Below are positions 10,210-21,042 of a stretch of 64,000 nucleotides of DNA, in pieces. The notes under the pieces are model-generated. The model saw only the letters and a list, made by a program, of their open reading frames with translations. It ran no database searches and was not told the origin of the DNA. Position 1 is the first letter of the stretch. Every line of letters begins with the position of its first letter. The DNA comes from a virus (Duplodnaviria > Caudoviricetes): IMG/VR virus record IMGVR_UViG_3300028283_000231; one strand, 5' to 3'. Both the position numbers and the translations under genes were made by a program.

Positions 10210-11505
10210 ATGAAAAAAACAATTTTTATTTTAACACTAACATTGTTAAGTGTTATAAATGTTAAATCCCAGAATTATTATATTTCTTTCACTGGGTCTG
10301 GTGATACTACCAATATTAATTCTGTTCAAGTTGATAATTTAACAAAAGGCACAAGTATAATGATAACTGGTTCAGATACTTTGCATTTAGTTCCTTTTGT
10401 TGGTATTGAAACACTAAATTTTAATAAATCTTTAGAAATTTACCCAAATCCAATGGTAGATGTGTCAAATATCTTATTCAGATCTTCGGAAAATTCTAAT
10501 TCAATTTTAAAAATTGTTGATTTATCTGGTAAATTAATTTATCAAACCATTTTGAATGTTTCAACTGGTATAAACAAATTTCAAATTATCGGGGTTAAAA
10601 AAGGTATTTTCATTCTTCAAATATCTAATAAAACTAATTCCTATATAACCAAATTAGTAAGTCAAAGCAATTTAGAAAATAATATTACAATTTCAGGTGT
10701 ATCTTTTTTTGATAGTCAATATTTCAAAAAAAGTACATCAATTGTTGATATGGAATATAGTATCGGTGATCAATTAAAATATAAAGGTTTGTCTGGTATA
10801 TATAGTTCAATTGTAATGGATATTCCAAATCACAGTAAAACTACATCTATCCCTTTTTCTAGATGTCAAGATGCTAATGGTCATAATTATACTACCGTTA
10901 AAATTACTATTGGTAATAAATCTACAATTAGCGAACAAACATGGATGGCTGAAAACCTCAATGTTGGTGAAGCTATTCAAGCTAATACAGGACAATCAAA
11001 TAATTTGGTTATTGAAAAATATTGTTTTCACGATTCAACTATAAATTGTACAAATTATGGGGGATTATACACATGGGATGAAATGATGGGATATGATACT
11101 ATTCCCGGTATTCAAGGCGTTTGTCCTGACGGGTGGAGAATTCCAACTGACAACGAATGGAGAACAATGGTTGAATATTACGGTGGTGATAGTGTAGGTC
11201 AAGGAGTTTGGGCAACCGCTGGAGGATCAATGAAAGAAACCGGTTATACCCACTGGCAGGAACCAAATACGGGAGCAACAAACATTACTGGATTTTCAGC
11301 TAGAGGACACGGCGCATTTTATCCCGGATATGGGTTTGTTAGTTTATTAACAGACGCGCCATATCATAATTCAAATCGTTTTTGGGACAATGTGAATCAA
11401 TTATGGGGAACAAATGTATGGACATTTGAATATGTGACAGATTGTGCTTTTCATGGTGGTACACAAGTGGTGAATGCTTTTGCTGTTAGATGTGTTCATG
11501 ATTAA
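10210..11505 (+). CDS. Secreted protein with internal T9SS type A sorting domain and C-terminal FISUMP (Fibrobacter paralogous) domain
   Basis: Signal peptide; IYPNP...IVDLSGKL...KGIFILQI; WMAENLN, YGGLYTW, CPDGWRIPTDNEW, VRCV. Confidence 0.82.
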   Translation: MKKTIFILTLTLLSVINVKSQNYYISFTGSGDTTNINSVQVDNLTKGTSIMITGSDTLHLVPFVGIETLNFNKSLEIYPNPMVDVSNILFRSSENSNSILKIVDLSGKLIYQTILNVSTGINKFQIIGVKKGIFILQISNKTNSYITKLVSQSNLENNITISGVSFFDSQYFKKSTSIVDMEYSIGDQLKYKGLSGIYSSIVMDIPNHSKTTSIPFSRCQDANGHNYTTVKITIGNKSTISEQTWMAENLNVGEAIQANTGQSNNLVIEKYCFHDSTINCTNYGGLYTWDEMMGYDTIPGIQGVCPDGWRIPTDNEWRTMVEYYGGDSVGQGVWATAGGSMKETGYTHWQEPNTGATNITGFSARGHGAFYPGYGFVSLLTDAPYHNSNRFWDNVNQLWGTNVWTFEYVTDCAFHGGTQVVNAFAVRCVHD

Positions 11506-11591
11506 TATAAAAAATTTTTTTAATTTTAATTATCCATCTATTTATTTTAAACTAATTCATCTACATTAACTATAAAACAAAAAAAAAAACA

Positions 11592-12404
11592 ATGATTAGC
11601 TGGATTGGTGGTAAAAGTAGAATTAGTAATTGGATTATTCCATTTATACCGAAGAATATAGAAACTTATGTTGAACCGTTTAGTGGAGCGTTTTGGGTCT
11701 TATTTAAGATGGATTTAAATAATTATCCAAATTTAAAAGATATAGTATATAATGATTTCAATGGTTATTTAGTGAATTTATTTATGTGTTGTAAAAATCA
11801 TAGAGAATTTTATGATTATTTACAAAATTATAAATCCCAGGACAAAGAATTATTTTATCAATATCAAAAGGATTTATTAGAAAATGATAAATATGAAATG
11901 CCAGATTTCAATAAAGCATTAAAATTTTCGTATCTTACTAGTCAAGTTTTTTCTGGAATATCTCCTCTTAAAGGTAAATTCATAGACCTTAAAGATAAGT
12001 ATAAATCTAAATTTGATACATTTAAAGATAAACTCATTAACACAGACTATACTGAAAATTTAGATAAAATAACGAATTTTGAAAATCTGGATTTTCAAAA
12101 TGTTATAGAAAAATACGACAACGAAAAAGCTTTTTTTTATATTGATGCTCCATATTACAATTTAGGTGAAAAATATTATAGTAATCAGTCTTTTTCTTTA
12201 TCCGATCATGAGAGGTTAGCAAACACTCTGAAAAAAATAAAAGGTAGATTTGCCATGTCATATTATGATTTTTCAGATCTATCAACGTGGTTTCCAAAAG
12301 ATCAATACAAATGGGAACAGAAAGACTTCCACAAGACAGCAGGAGCTCTAAAGGGAGGTAAACAAACAAAAGGAACAGAACTACTGATTATGAACTATTA
12401 TTGA
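11592..12404 (+). CDS. DNA adenine methyltransferase (Dam/D12 class)
   Basis: SWIGGKS, YVEPFSG, YNDFN and IDAPYY motifs. Confidence 0.88.
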   Translation: MISWIGGKSRISNWIIPFIPKNIETYVEPFSGAFWVLFKMDLNNYPNLKDIVYNDFNGYLVNLFMCCKNHREFYDYLQNYKSQDKELFYQYQKDLLENDKYEMPDFNKALKFSYLTSQVFSGISPLKGKFIDLKDKYKSKFDTFKDKLINTDYTENLDKITNFENLDFQNVIEKYDNEKAFFYIDAPYYNLGEKYYSNQSFSLSDHERLANTLKKIKGRFAMSYYDFSDLSTWFPKDQYKWEQKDFHKTAGALKGGKQTKGTELLIMNYY

Positions 12405-12500
12405 TTTTTATTCATTCTAAATATAATTAATTAATAATCAGTTAATAAAAGAGAGAGTAGTTATCTATATCTGATAACTAAGTGATTTACAAATTTATAA

Positions 12501-12531
12501 AATTCCAGATAATTTTTTATCTGGAATTTTT
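12501..12531 (+). terminator. Intrinsic terminator-like hairpin
   Basis: AATTCCAGAT/ATCTGGAATT inverted repeat followed by a T run. Confidence 0.6.
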
Positions 12532-12574
12532 ATGCTTATCTTTGTATATTGTGAAAAAATAAAAAGGATGTTGT

Positions 12575-12817
12575 ATGATAAAGCTAAGTAATATTACGAA
12601 GATGATGTTGTATGGAAAAATTAAAGACATTGGTGTTGTTAAGGGCATTGGGTTCATTCCGAATGATGAATATTATATTGATGAACATACTTATTTATTT
12701 GGGTTTAAGTTAAAGTCTACAAGGTATTGGGATGAAGAGGATTATAAATTAAAGAGGAATCCGAAGAAAGACAGATCTATTGTTGAGGGATTTAAAAAAG
12801 AAAAAGGGGTCAAGTGA
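12575..12817 (+). CDS. Hypothetical protein
   Basis: ORF downstream of TATCTTTG (12537-12544). Confidence 0.55.
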   Translation: MIKLSNITKMMLYGKIKDIGVVKGIGFIPNDEYYIDEHTYLFGFKLKSTRYWDEEDYKLKRNPKKDRSIVEGFKKEKGVK

Positions 12818-12826
12818 CTCCTTTTT

Positions 12827-13303
12827 TTATTTATCAAGATATACGTATTTAACAATTTTTATTCCTCCTTCTCTCAGGGGGCATTCATCTGGAACTCTAC
12901 CGTGACTATTATCTTGTGTGATGATCATGTTGGCATAACCTTTACCATCCCAATATGGGTGATCGCATTCCATCTCTTTACCTCCACCAAAAAAAGGACA
13001 ACCGTGAAAACATTCTTTAACTGATTTACCGTATTCTTTTGTCTTTATATTAAGATTGGTTATATTTTCTAAGACTAATGAATTAGTAAAAGATACAACA
13101 GATTCATTTGTCTTTTTCTTTTTCTTCTTTTTAATTTTTTCAGGTAATCCTTTATGCTTAGTTCTTGCGAAATGTTCAGCGTCGTCTGGATCTATATTTT
13201 TAGCAGCTTTCTTAACTGATGGAGAAGCGCCTTTCAATTCACCTTTTTGATAAGCGTGTATCATACCCATGAATCTCTGTTGTTTGCGACTTTTTGATGG
13301 CAT
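12827..13303 (-). CDS. Hypothetical phage protein, DUF3008-like N-terminus
   Basis: MPSKSRKQQRFMGMIHAYQKGE start. Confidence 0.55.
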   Translation of the reverse strand: MPSKSRKQQRFMGMIHAYQKGELKGASPSVKKAAKNIDPDDAEHFARTKHKGLPEKIKKKKKKKTNESVVSFTNSLVLENITNLNIKTKEYGKSVKECFHGCPFFGGGKEMECDHPYWDGKGYANMIITQDNSHGRVPDECPLREGGIKIVKYVYLDK

Positions 13304-13312
13304 AAATTAGAA

Positions 13313-13594
13313 TTATTTTTTCCATTTATCGATATGATAAATAATATAATCATCCCATTCATTCTTTGTGATGTTATTATATCCATAAATTGAATGGAAA
13401 TCTTTATGGATTTCATATAAAATAACTATAACGTTGTTTTTTTCATCATTTTTCCACAGTTCATTCAAAAGATAGGAACCGTTGCACTCTCTACATCAAA
13501 ATCTCTTTCTGATTATATCCCTTGTGTTGTTCAATTTTAATTTCTCTCCGCAACATTCGCGGAATTTTTCAATATTTCTGAATTCTTTTGACAT
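13313..13594 (-). pseudogene. 93-codon HNH-like ORF with one in-frame TGA at codon 33
   Basis: Manual translation ...RKRF*CRECNGS...EIHKDFHSIYGYNN...; TGA at 13496-13498. Confidence 0.5.
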
Positions 13595-13608
13595 GTAACT
13601 ATATATTA

Positions 13609-14466
13609 TTACTCTGATCTCAATTTGTTTATAAAACTAAACAATTTTCTCACATATTCTCTTTTCCTATAATCACTTGTCATTAAATAGGCTATATAAC
13701 AGAAATATAATATTTTATCTTCTACTATATTTGAGTTTAAATTTTCTCCACCAACGTATCTGAATTCCATATATTTTTCAGACTCACCTTTAAGTATCAT
13801 TCCGTGTCTCATAGTTGTTTTACTATAATATTTCGTTATACTTTTACTTATAATACTTTCTATTTCATCTATATTTGTAGTATCTAGAATATTTTCTGGT
13901 TTTTTCTTGAAATCTTTGATTAATTTTTCCTTTATAGAGCCACACCAATTAACAAGTCTATCTTCAATTCCTTTATAAACGAAACCGCCTTTAGATTGGT
14001 CTGAAATCATAGTGATGCCCTTGGTTAGATTCCATTTTTTGCCTTTTGAACCAATGTTAACGTGAATAGATGTTCTATCGTTAAATTTCCATCTATCTTG
14101 TGTATTATATGAATCAAAAAAATCTTGAATATAATTGAGTGCTTCATCAAGATTAGTGAAAGGTTTATTAATTATTTCAACGCCGTATAAAAGAGTTTCG
14201 TCTTCGTGAAAAATTATTATATCTTTATATTTATTGTAGAAATCTGGAAAACAAATCTTATAATCGTTCAGAATCTTTCTATTTTTAATAGAAGGGTACA
14301 TTATATGTGATTCGTTCTTTGAAATGAATTTTAGATCTTTAATTTTACCTTTAAATTCTAGTTCTATTTCGAATCCAATAGTAAAGTACTCTTGGAGATC
14401 ACTCAGAATTAGTTTAATATCCTCAGATTTAAACTCAGTTATATAATTTATATAATTAGTTATCAT
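13609..14466 (-). CDS. Putative amidoligase (phage COOH-NH2 ligase-like)
   Basis: IGFEIE, GVEII, TSIHVNIG and YMEFRYVGG motifs. Confidence 0.7.
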   Translation of the reverse strand: MITNYINYITEFKSEDIKLILSDLQEYFTIGFEIELEFKGKIKDLKFISKNESHIMYPSIKNRKILNDYKICFPDFYNKYKDIIIFHEDETLLYGVEIINKPFTNLDEALNYIQDFFDSYNTQDRWKFNDRTSIHVNIGSKGKKWNLTKGITMISDQSKGGFVYKGIEDRLVNWCGSIKEKLIKDFKKKPENILDTTNIDEIESIISKSITKYYSKTTMRHGMILKGESEKYMEFRYVGGENLNSNIVEDKILYFCYIAYLMTSDYRKREYVRKLFSFINKLRSE

Positions 14467-17400
14467 TCTTCAGCGACTTCAATTTGGTTTTTATCCAACC
14501 AATAAGTTTGTCTATTTACATAAATTTCATATTTTCCATATTTATAGATTGGAAGTTTTTGTACTCTGCCTTCTTTACCATTTATTTCATCGTTAACTGA
14601 ATCTTTAACAATAACAGTATCACCAACTTCTAGATCATCAATAGTTTTCTTAACTGGTTCTAGTTCGGCGTTTGGGTCTTTTGGTTTATAGGCTTTTCTG
14701 GCCACATTTCTTCTATTATAAACAAGTACGGGTTTCCTTGGTGGTTCTACCTCTTTCTTTTTCTTCTTTTTATCGGGTGATATATACCCAGATGAATAAG
14801 TTGAATCTGGTGCTACATAAGTAGATTTCTTTGTCGGTAAAGGTTCGTTTGTGGCAAATACAAATTCCGGATCAACGTATAATTTTAAAAATGAAACTAA
14901 ATCGTCATCGAACTTAACGATTAATTCCTTTTTACCATCTTTCACTCTATCACCTTGAAATTCTCCGACTCTACCTGTTTTAGCCCATTCGTATTTGCTA
15001 TCTGGGTTAATATATTTAACGGCTTGACCAAATTTAAATTCACCTGTATCTGAAGCCTCTTCGAGTAAAATAAGATTATCTGTAAATGTAGTTAGATAAA
15101 TAGTATGACCTTTATTATTTTTAAGAACGATATTGTAACTTCTTGGTGGTGTTTCTTTTTGCCCTGCTACTTGTGGTGCTTCGTTTATACTACTAATTTC
15201 ACCTATCAATCCGTCACTAGTACTGTCTGGATTAGTATATCTAATTTTATCCCCTTTTCTAAATATTCTAACAGGCGGTAAAAATTCTAAATTTTCATCT
15301 TTGGTTTTAATCTTAACCATTTTACCTTCTTTTGATTTAATTTCAATCTCAAAAGGTTTTTCATCGTTTAAATTGAGTGTTGTTACTACACCTTTACATC
15401 CAAAGTGTTTACTATCTGGTTTAGTATAAACTACATCGTCATTAAGACCAACTTCTGTGCCAATAGGTTTAATAAATCTAGTCATTTCATCTGGAATACA
15501 ACCAGATACAGTAACTATTGTACCGTTACTATTAAAAGTGATAGTGTGAGTATTTCCTTTTTTACCTTTTTCTATTTTTGTAACTATACCAACTTTACCG
15601 CTTAAGTCAGCGTCGTCGTCGTTTATGTATATAACTTTATCACCTTCTTTATAGTTATTATCGTTTATTTGAAGGTTTCTAGATGGTATAAAATATACAG
15701 ATTTTTCATTTGAGACGCCTGGTTGTTTAGGAAATTTAACATCATAAGTTGTTTCTTTCTCCATCGAATAATTAGTAGCCAGATTTAGAAAAGTCACTTC
15801 ACCTTTACATAGATGAAGATCTTTATTTTTTTCGTCGTCTTTTCTGGATACATAAATAATTTTATCACCTTTTTTAAATTTATCAGCTTTACCAGTTTTC
15901 TTTGGCTCTGGTTTCTCCCACGCCGTACTGATTGGTGGTCTGGAGGATGGCCCGTCTCTTTCCAATTTATTTGGATTAACGTTCATTAATGGTTGTTTAG
16001 CTCCAAATTTATTTATCACTTCAATATCTACAACTTGTGAAAAACCTTTAGATGAAATTCTATCGGCGTAAGTGACCCTACCTCTACATTCATCAAATTC
16101 TCCACCTGGATCTAATAATATGATTTTATCACCAAAACCAAATTTTTCAACTTTCTTTTCTTTTTCTATTGGAACAAGTTGATCGTAATGTACACCGAAA
16201 TCATTTTCACCGTCAGCATTCGCGAAATCTTTAACAAGCCAGTGTTGAGGACTAGTTAATTTTAAAAGTGTAACTTTTCTACCCATGAAGTAAGCGTCTT
16301 GTCCAGCTTTAAACTTATTATCAACGTGTCTGATTATCTTTTTATCTTCGTCCTTTTTAGTTTCGTCTTTAAGAATTTTTTGTAAATCTTCCCCTTTTAT
16401 CTTTCCAACGTTAACAAACATTCTATTTTTATTACTAGCACTTACAATATCTATAATACCGGGATTTTCTTCAAACATGAACTGAACCTTGTATTGTATT
16501 TCACCGTCTGTTTCTTCGGGAATAGATACAGACTCTATTTTTCCTTTATATCCTTTGTATTTACTGTTAGGATTAGTATAAATCACTTTATCGTCAACCT
16601 CAAATTTTTCTATATATTTTCTTAAATATCTAGATTTACCTTGAACGCCTCCGTCTTTTTCTAATTCTTTATTATCAGCGACACTAAAAAATATGTTATA
16701 TACTTTTTCTGTTTCTGTAGCTGTTGGCTCATCTACTGTTCTAATAACACCCACCATGTTATTAAATTTACTGCCTTGTTTAACGTAAAGAATTTTATCC
16801 CCTTCTTTCCAATCATCTAATTCTAAATGTAATTGAGTATCTTCTTCTTTCTCTTTTTTAGTTTCTGTTGGTTTTATTGAAGTTATTGAATTACCACCGT
16901 ACCTCACTTTTTTACATAAAGGAGTTAAACCAGTTAAATTTTCTAATTTGTTATCACTACAATCGTAAGTTCCACCAATTTTAATAGGACTACCTTCTAA
17001 CGATGTTAATTTATTATTTGATACCAAAAAATCACCGTAAACTTCCTCTGGTGATCCTTCTAAAGATTCTAGTCCATTCATCATGGCTATAAATCCACCA
17101 CATTTCATTGGACTACCTTTTAAATTCTTCAATTTATTACCACTACAATTGAAAGTGCCAGTTACTATTGTTGTTTGTGATCCTTCTAATGTGGTTAATT
17201 TGTTATTGGCTACACTAAAATAACCTTTAACTATTTTAGGTAAATTTTTCATACTTTTTAAACCAGCGTAATGCCAAATGAAATTACCATTGGCCACATT
17301 AAATACAACAGGACATACATCTATGTTTCTAACAAGGATGGCTACATCAGAATTAACATCAACAGTATAATCTTTGTTTATAGCACAAACTTTAACATTG

Positions 17401-17495
17401 ATACCAATCTTTTTAAGATTATCTTCTACTTCTTTTTTCTTTGGATCTTTAAACGGATTTGGAATATCAAATAATTCATTTAATTTTTTCATCAA
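14463..17495 (-). CDS. Large protein with N-terminal SLEGSP leucine-rich repeats and many KOW/SH3-like repeats
   Basis: LTSLEGSP repeats; about ten F..GD.V.Y....S...G..G.I modules. Confidence 0.7.
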   Translation of the reverse strand: MMKKLNELFDIPNPFKDPKKKEVEDNLKKIGINVKVCAINKDYTVDVNSDVAILVRNIDVCPVVFNVANGNFIWHYAGLKSMKNLPKIVKGYFSVANNKLTTLEGSQTTIVTGTFNCSGNKLKNLKGSPMKCGGFIAMMNGLESLEGSPEEVYGDFLVSNNKLTSLEGSPIKIGGTYDCSDNKLENLTGLTPLCKKVRYGGNSITSIKPTETKKEKEEDTQLHLELDDWKEGDKILYVKQGSKFNNMVGVIRTVDEPTATETEKVYNIFFSVADNKELEKDGGVQGKSRYLRKYIEKFEVDDKVIYTNPNSKYKGYKGKIESVSIPEETDGEIQYKVQFMFEENPGIIDIVSASNKNRMFVNVGKIKGEDLQKILKDETKKDEDKKIIRHVDNKFKAGQDAYFMGRKVTLLKLTSPQHWLVKDFANADGENDFGVHYDQLVPIEKEKKVEKFGFGDKIILLDPGGEFDECRGRVTYADRISSKGFSQVVDIEVINKFGAKQPLMNVNPNKLERDGPSSRPPISTAWEKPEPKKTGKADKFKKGDKIIYVSRKDDEKNKDLHLCKGEVTFLNLATNYSMEKETTYDVKFPKQPGVSNEKSVYFIPSRNLQINDNNYKEGDKVIYINDDDADLSGKVGIVTKIEKGKKGNTHTITFNSNGTIVTVSGCIPDEMTRFIKPIGTEVGLNDDVVYTKPDSKHFGCKGVVTTLNLNDEKPFEIEIKSKEGKMVKIKTKDENLEFLPPVRIFRKGDKIRYTNPDSTSDGLIGEISSINEAPQVAGQKETPPRSYNIVLKNNKGHTIYLTTFTDNLILLEEASDTGEFKFGQAVKYINPDSKYEWAKTGRVGEFQGDRVKDGKKELIVKFDDDLVSFLKLYVDPEFVFATNEPLPTKKSTYVAPDSTYSSGYISPDKKKKKKEVEPPRKPVLVYNRRNVARKAYKPKDPNAELEPVKKTIDDLEVGDTVIVKDSVNDEINGKEGRVQKLPIYKYGKYEIYVNRQTYWLDKNQIEVAEE

Positions 17496-17570
17496 AGGTT
17501 TGGTCTTTTTGTTTTTTATATATATTAAAAAATAAAAACAAAAACTATTTTAAAATATAAAATCGTTGAT

Positions 17571-18239
17571 ATGGTTATAAAGAATTTTTCAGAAAGAACA
17601 TCAGACAGAATTAAAGACATTTTACTATCATTTAAAAAGTGGATATGGAGGAAAAAGATAATTCCACTTAGAAAAGTGAAACTTGATATACTCGGCATAT
17701 CCTATACTAAAAGTGGCGACCAAACTCTATACGTTGTTGTATTAGGAGAAGAAGGTGGAGGTAGAAAAATTCCAGTAGTAATCAACTATTTTGAAGCACA
17801 AGCCATAGCCATAGAAGTTGAAAAAATACTTCCCATAGTTCCTCTTATCTACGACGTATTCAAAGAAGTTATGAACGATCATAAAGTGAAATTTGACGAA
17901 ATTCTTATAGAAGATTTTAAAAACGATATATTACTCACCTACTTAAAGAGCAAGAAAGAAAAAGTAGAACTTCGTACAGCAGACGCCCTCTCCCTATCAG
18001 TTAGATTAGGGTACCCAATTTACATTTACGACGACGTTCTCACTAAAGTAGATACCATAGTTCAAAAATACTACGATATAAAAGACGGTAAACAAGTTAT
18101 CGCTGATAAAAATAAACTCAACGGATTCAACCTGAATGAGTTAAACGATCTTCTTCAAGACGCTATAGATGAAGAGGAATACGAGAAGGCGTCTGAGATC
18201 AGGGACGAAATTATTAAGAAGAAGAAGGAACAACAGTAG
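17571..18239 (+). CDS. Bifunctional nuclease (DUF151) with C-terminal UVR motif
   Basis: IPVVINYFEAQAIAI, ELRTADALSLSVR and LQDAIDEEEYEKASEIRDEI. Confidence 0.82.
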   Translation: MVIKNFSERTSDRIKDILLSFKKWIWRKKIIPLRKVKLDILGISYTKSGDQTLYVVVLGEEGGGRKIPVVINYFEAQAIAIEVEKILPIVPLIYDVFKEVMNDHKVKFDEILIEDFKNDILLTYLKSKKEKVELRTADALSLSVRLGYPIYIYDDVLTKVDTIVQKYYDIKDGKQVIADKNKLNGFNLNELNDLLQDAIDEEEYEKASEIRDEIIKKKKEQQ

Positions 18240-18282
18240 TTTCGGTGATTTTCCCAAAAACGGCATTTAAATTTTAATATAT

Positions 18283-19824
18283 ATGACTAAAAATAATCAA
18301 GAAGTGAAAAGAAATTGGTTTTTCATTATATTACTCACAATTAGTTCATTATCCTTAGCTGGTACTGCAGCATACTTTTCTATATTTGGTCTAGCCAAGC
18401 TCTTCTATGGAGCTGGTATAGGTATTGTGATCCTTGCATCTGTGCTTGAGTTCTCCAAATTAGTAGCTGTGTCTTATGTATATAGATATTGGACTGTTAT
18501 TGCTAAGGCTTTCAGGGCTTATTATGTTTTTGGTGTTGTATTCATAATGTTATTAACTTCAATTGGTATATATGGATTTTTAACTAGTGCTTACCAGAAA
18601 TCCGCTAATAAAATAGAAATAAGAGATTCACAGATAAAAATTGCTGAGAATAAAAGAACATTATTTGTAAACCAATTAGATAGAATAAATAAAACAATAG
18701 AAAGCGATAATAATCGTATTAACAATCTAAGTGGTATTCGTAGTCAACAAGAAAGAAGATTAGACACTTTATATAACAGAAGACAAACTAGTAACGCTAG
18801 AAGAACAGAAACATCTATCGCTGGTGCAGACGAACAAATTAAGTTTCTTAATACTGATATTACAGAAAAGATGAAACAGGCTAGTTCTGTTAACGATTCT
18901 ATAGCTTATTACGATCAAAGAATCGTTGAATATAAAGCATCAGATGTTTCAAGTGAAGTCGGACCTTTAAAATATTTATCAGATTTAACTGGAATGGCTA
19001 TGAACAAAGTTGTAAATATACTTGTTCTTTTAATCATCTTTGTGTTCGACCCAATGGCAATTTCATTACTTATTGGTGTGAACCAATTAACTATGATGGA
19101 TAAAGGTGATTCCCCTTTGAAAGACGAAAGAATTAAATTACCAAAACTACCTTTCTTTAGAAAGAAAAAAGAAGAGCCTGAAGAAGAAATGGTTCCAGAA
19201 GAGAAACCTGAAGAAATCGTAAAACCTGGGCCAGAACCAGTAAGACGAACTCCTTCTTTTATAAGATTAGAAAAAGAGGAGGATAATGAGATTGAAGAGA
19301 TTGAAGAAACTGAGGAAGAGCAGGACACAAAAAAAAACGAATATTCTCTCGAAGATTGTCAGGATGGTTACTCAGAAAAAAAGATAGAACTTGATAAATC
19401 TAATATAATTGAAGGATTAAAAGTTTATCATAACTCTTTTGGTAAAGGAGTAATAACTAAATTCAATTTAGAAAAAAGTAGAGTAGTAATTAGATTCGAC
19501 GAGTTTGGTATCAAAGAACTTGATCCAGATTACGCTAATTTAAGCGAATTGAGATGTGTTAAGGACGATAAAATTGAAGCTGTAAAATATTTAGACTTCT
19601 TTGAAGACGATCCCGATATACAAGATATAATAATCAAAAGACCCGTTGTTGAAATAGAACCAGTTGGAGAACCCATTGAAGAACAAATTGTTGAAGAACA
19701 TCTTCCAGTGGAACAAACAATTGAAGAACCTGTTAATATAATAGAAGAAATCATCGAAGAACCTGTGGTTGAAAAAAAAACGAAATTTTTTCAGAAGATT
19801 TGGAGGGGGAAAAGGATGATATAG
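18283..19824 (+). CDS. Membrane/coiled-coil phage protein with acidic C-terminus
   Basis: N-terminal transmembrane helices, coiled coil and FVFDPMAI motif. Confidence 0.65.
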   Translation: MTKNNQEVKRNWFFIILLTISSLSLAGTAAYFSIFGLAKLFYGAGIGIVILASVLEFSKLVAVSYVYRYWTVIAKAFRAYYVFGVVFIMLLTSIGIYGFLTSAYQKSANKIEIRDSQIKIAENKRTLFVNQLDRINKTIESDNNRINNLSGIRSQQERRLDTLYNRRQTSNARRTETSIAGADEQIKFLNTDITEKMKQASSVNDSIAYYDQRIVEYKASDVSSEVGPLKYLSDLTGMAMNKVVNILVLLIIFVFDPMAISLLIGVNQLTMMDKGDSPLKDERIKLPKLPFFRKKKEEPEEEMVPEEKPEEIVKPGPEPVRRTPSFIRLEKEEDNEIEEIEETEEEQDTKKNEYSLEDCQDGYSEKKIELDKSNIIEGLKVYHNSFGKGVITKFNLEKSRVVIRFDEFGIKELDPDYANLSELRCVKDDKIEAVKYLDFFEDDPDIQDIIIKRPVVEIEPVGEPIEEQIVEEHLPVEQTIEEPVNIIEEIIEEPVVEKKTKFFQKIWRGKRMI

Positions 19825-19918
19825 TAACTACAAAATGGATAAATCAAGAAACTCCTTGGATATTAAGAGAAAAATCAGAAATAAAATCAGTAGCCACAAC
19901 TAGAACAAATAAATATAA

Positions 19919-20173
19919 ATGATTTTTAAACCATTAGATTATATTAAACAAGAAGGCTTCAAGTCTTACATGAACCTATTTGAATTTGATAAAAAATACA
20001 AATTTTTCGGATCTGTCGTCATAAATGAAAAAGGGTGGCAGTACGATTACTTTGATACTGAAATTAAATCAATAGGGTTTAATTTTATTGATTACCAGAC
20101 TAATATAGAAACAAAAGAAGGCAGAGAAATAATTTTAAGTTTATCTGAAAACTTAGAGATTTACACTCTTTGA
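19919..20173 (+). CDS. Hypothetical protein
   Basis: ORF track. Confidence 0.5.
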   Translation: MIFKPLDYIKQEGFKSYMNLFEFDKKYKFFGSVVINEKGWQYDYFDTEIKSIGFNFIDYQTNIETKEGREIILSLSENLEIYTL

Positions 20174-20976
20174 TCTATAAGTTCTTTATAACTTTCGTTG
20201 AGTTCAAATCCAATATATTTTCTATCCATTGATTTACAAACTTCTGCAACTGTGCCACTACCCATAAATGGATCAAGTACAACGTCACCTTCATTTGTTA
20301 ACCATTTAATGAAAAACTCTGGAAGGTCTGGATGAAATGGAGCAGGATGTTTACCAGCAGTTCCACCTTTAAGTACACCAGCGTTATTGAATCTCATTAC
20401 TGTTGATGGTTTTTTACCGAGAGGATTTTGAATAACCATTTTCTTATCGCCAATACTTGTTATGCCGTGATCGTCAACTTTCTTATTAAAAGCGACGGGA
20501 GATTTATATCTTTTAATAGTGCTTTCAGCGTAAGGTTCTCTGACCATATCAATGTTAGATTTTATCTTACTATTTTTAGTGAAATGAAAAACGTATTCCA
20601 TCCAGTCATTTAATCTATCACCACTAACAGGCATTGCGTTTTTCTTGTGCCAAATATATCTATCGTAAAGTTTTAAATCAGTTTCTTCACAGATTCTAAC
20701 TACTAATTCAAATACATATAGATCACGAAATCCGTTAACAACTTTATCGTTGATGTTTAGTATAAATGAACCTGTATCTTTTAATGATCTACCAATTTCT
20801 ACAGCTAATGGAATAAACCAATCGTTATAATGTCTAGGAGATAAGGTATTTATTTTCTTACCGTAATTTTTGATGTCTGCGTAAGGTGGGGAAGTAACAG
20901 TAAGGTCGACAAAGTTATCTGGTAGAAGTTTAGATAAATCCATTGCGTCACCGTAATAAATTTTATTGGTATCCAT
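20161..20976 (-). CDS. DNA N4-cytosine/N6-adenine methyltransferase (beta class)
   Basis: TSPPY, HPAPF and VLDPFMGSGT motifs. Confidence 0.9.
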   Translation of the reverse strand: MDTNKIYYGDAMDLSKLLPDNFVDLTVTSPPYADIKNYGKKINTLSPRHYNDWFIPLAVEIGRSLKDTGSFILNINDKVVNGFRDLYVFELVVRICEETDLKLYDRYIWHKKNAMPVSGDRLNDWMEYVFHFTKNSKIKSNIDMVREPYAESTIKRYKSPVAFNKKVDDHGITSIGDKKMVIQNPLGKKPSTVMRFNNAGVLKGGTAGKHPAPFHPDLPEFFIKWLTNEGDVVLDPFMGSGTVAEVCKSMDRKYIGFELNESYKELIDQRV

Positions 20977-21042
20977 TTTTTTATTTAGATTTTTATATTT
21001 ATATTTGCATTAAGGAATATAGTTTAATTTAAAACCTAAAAG

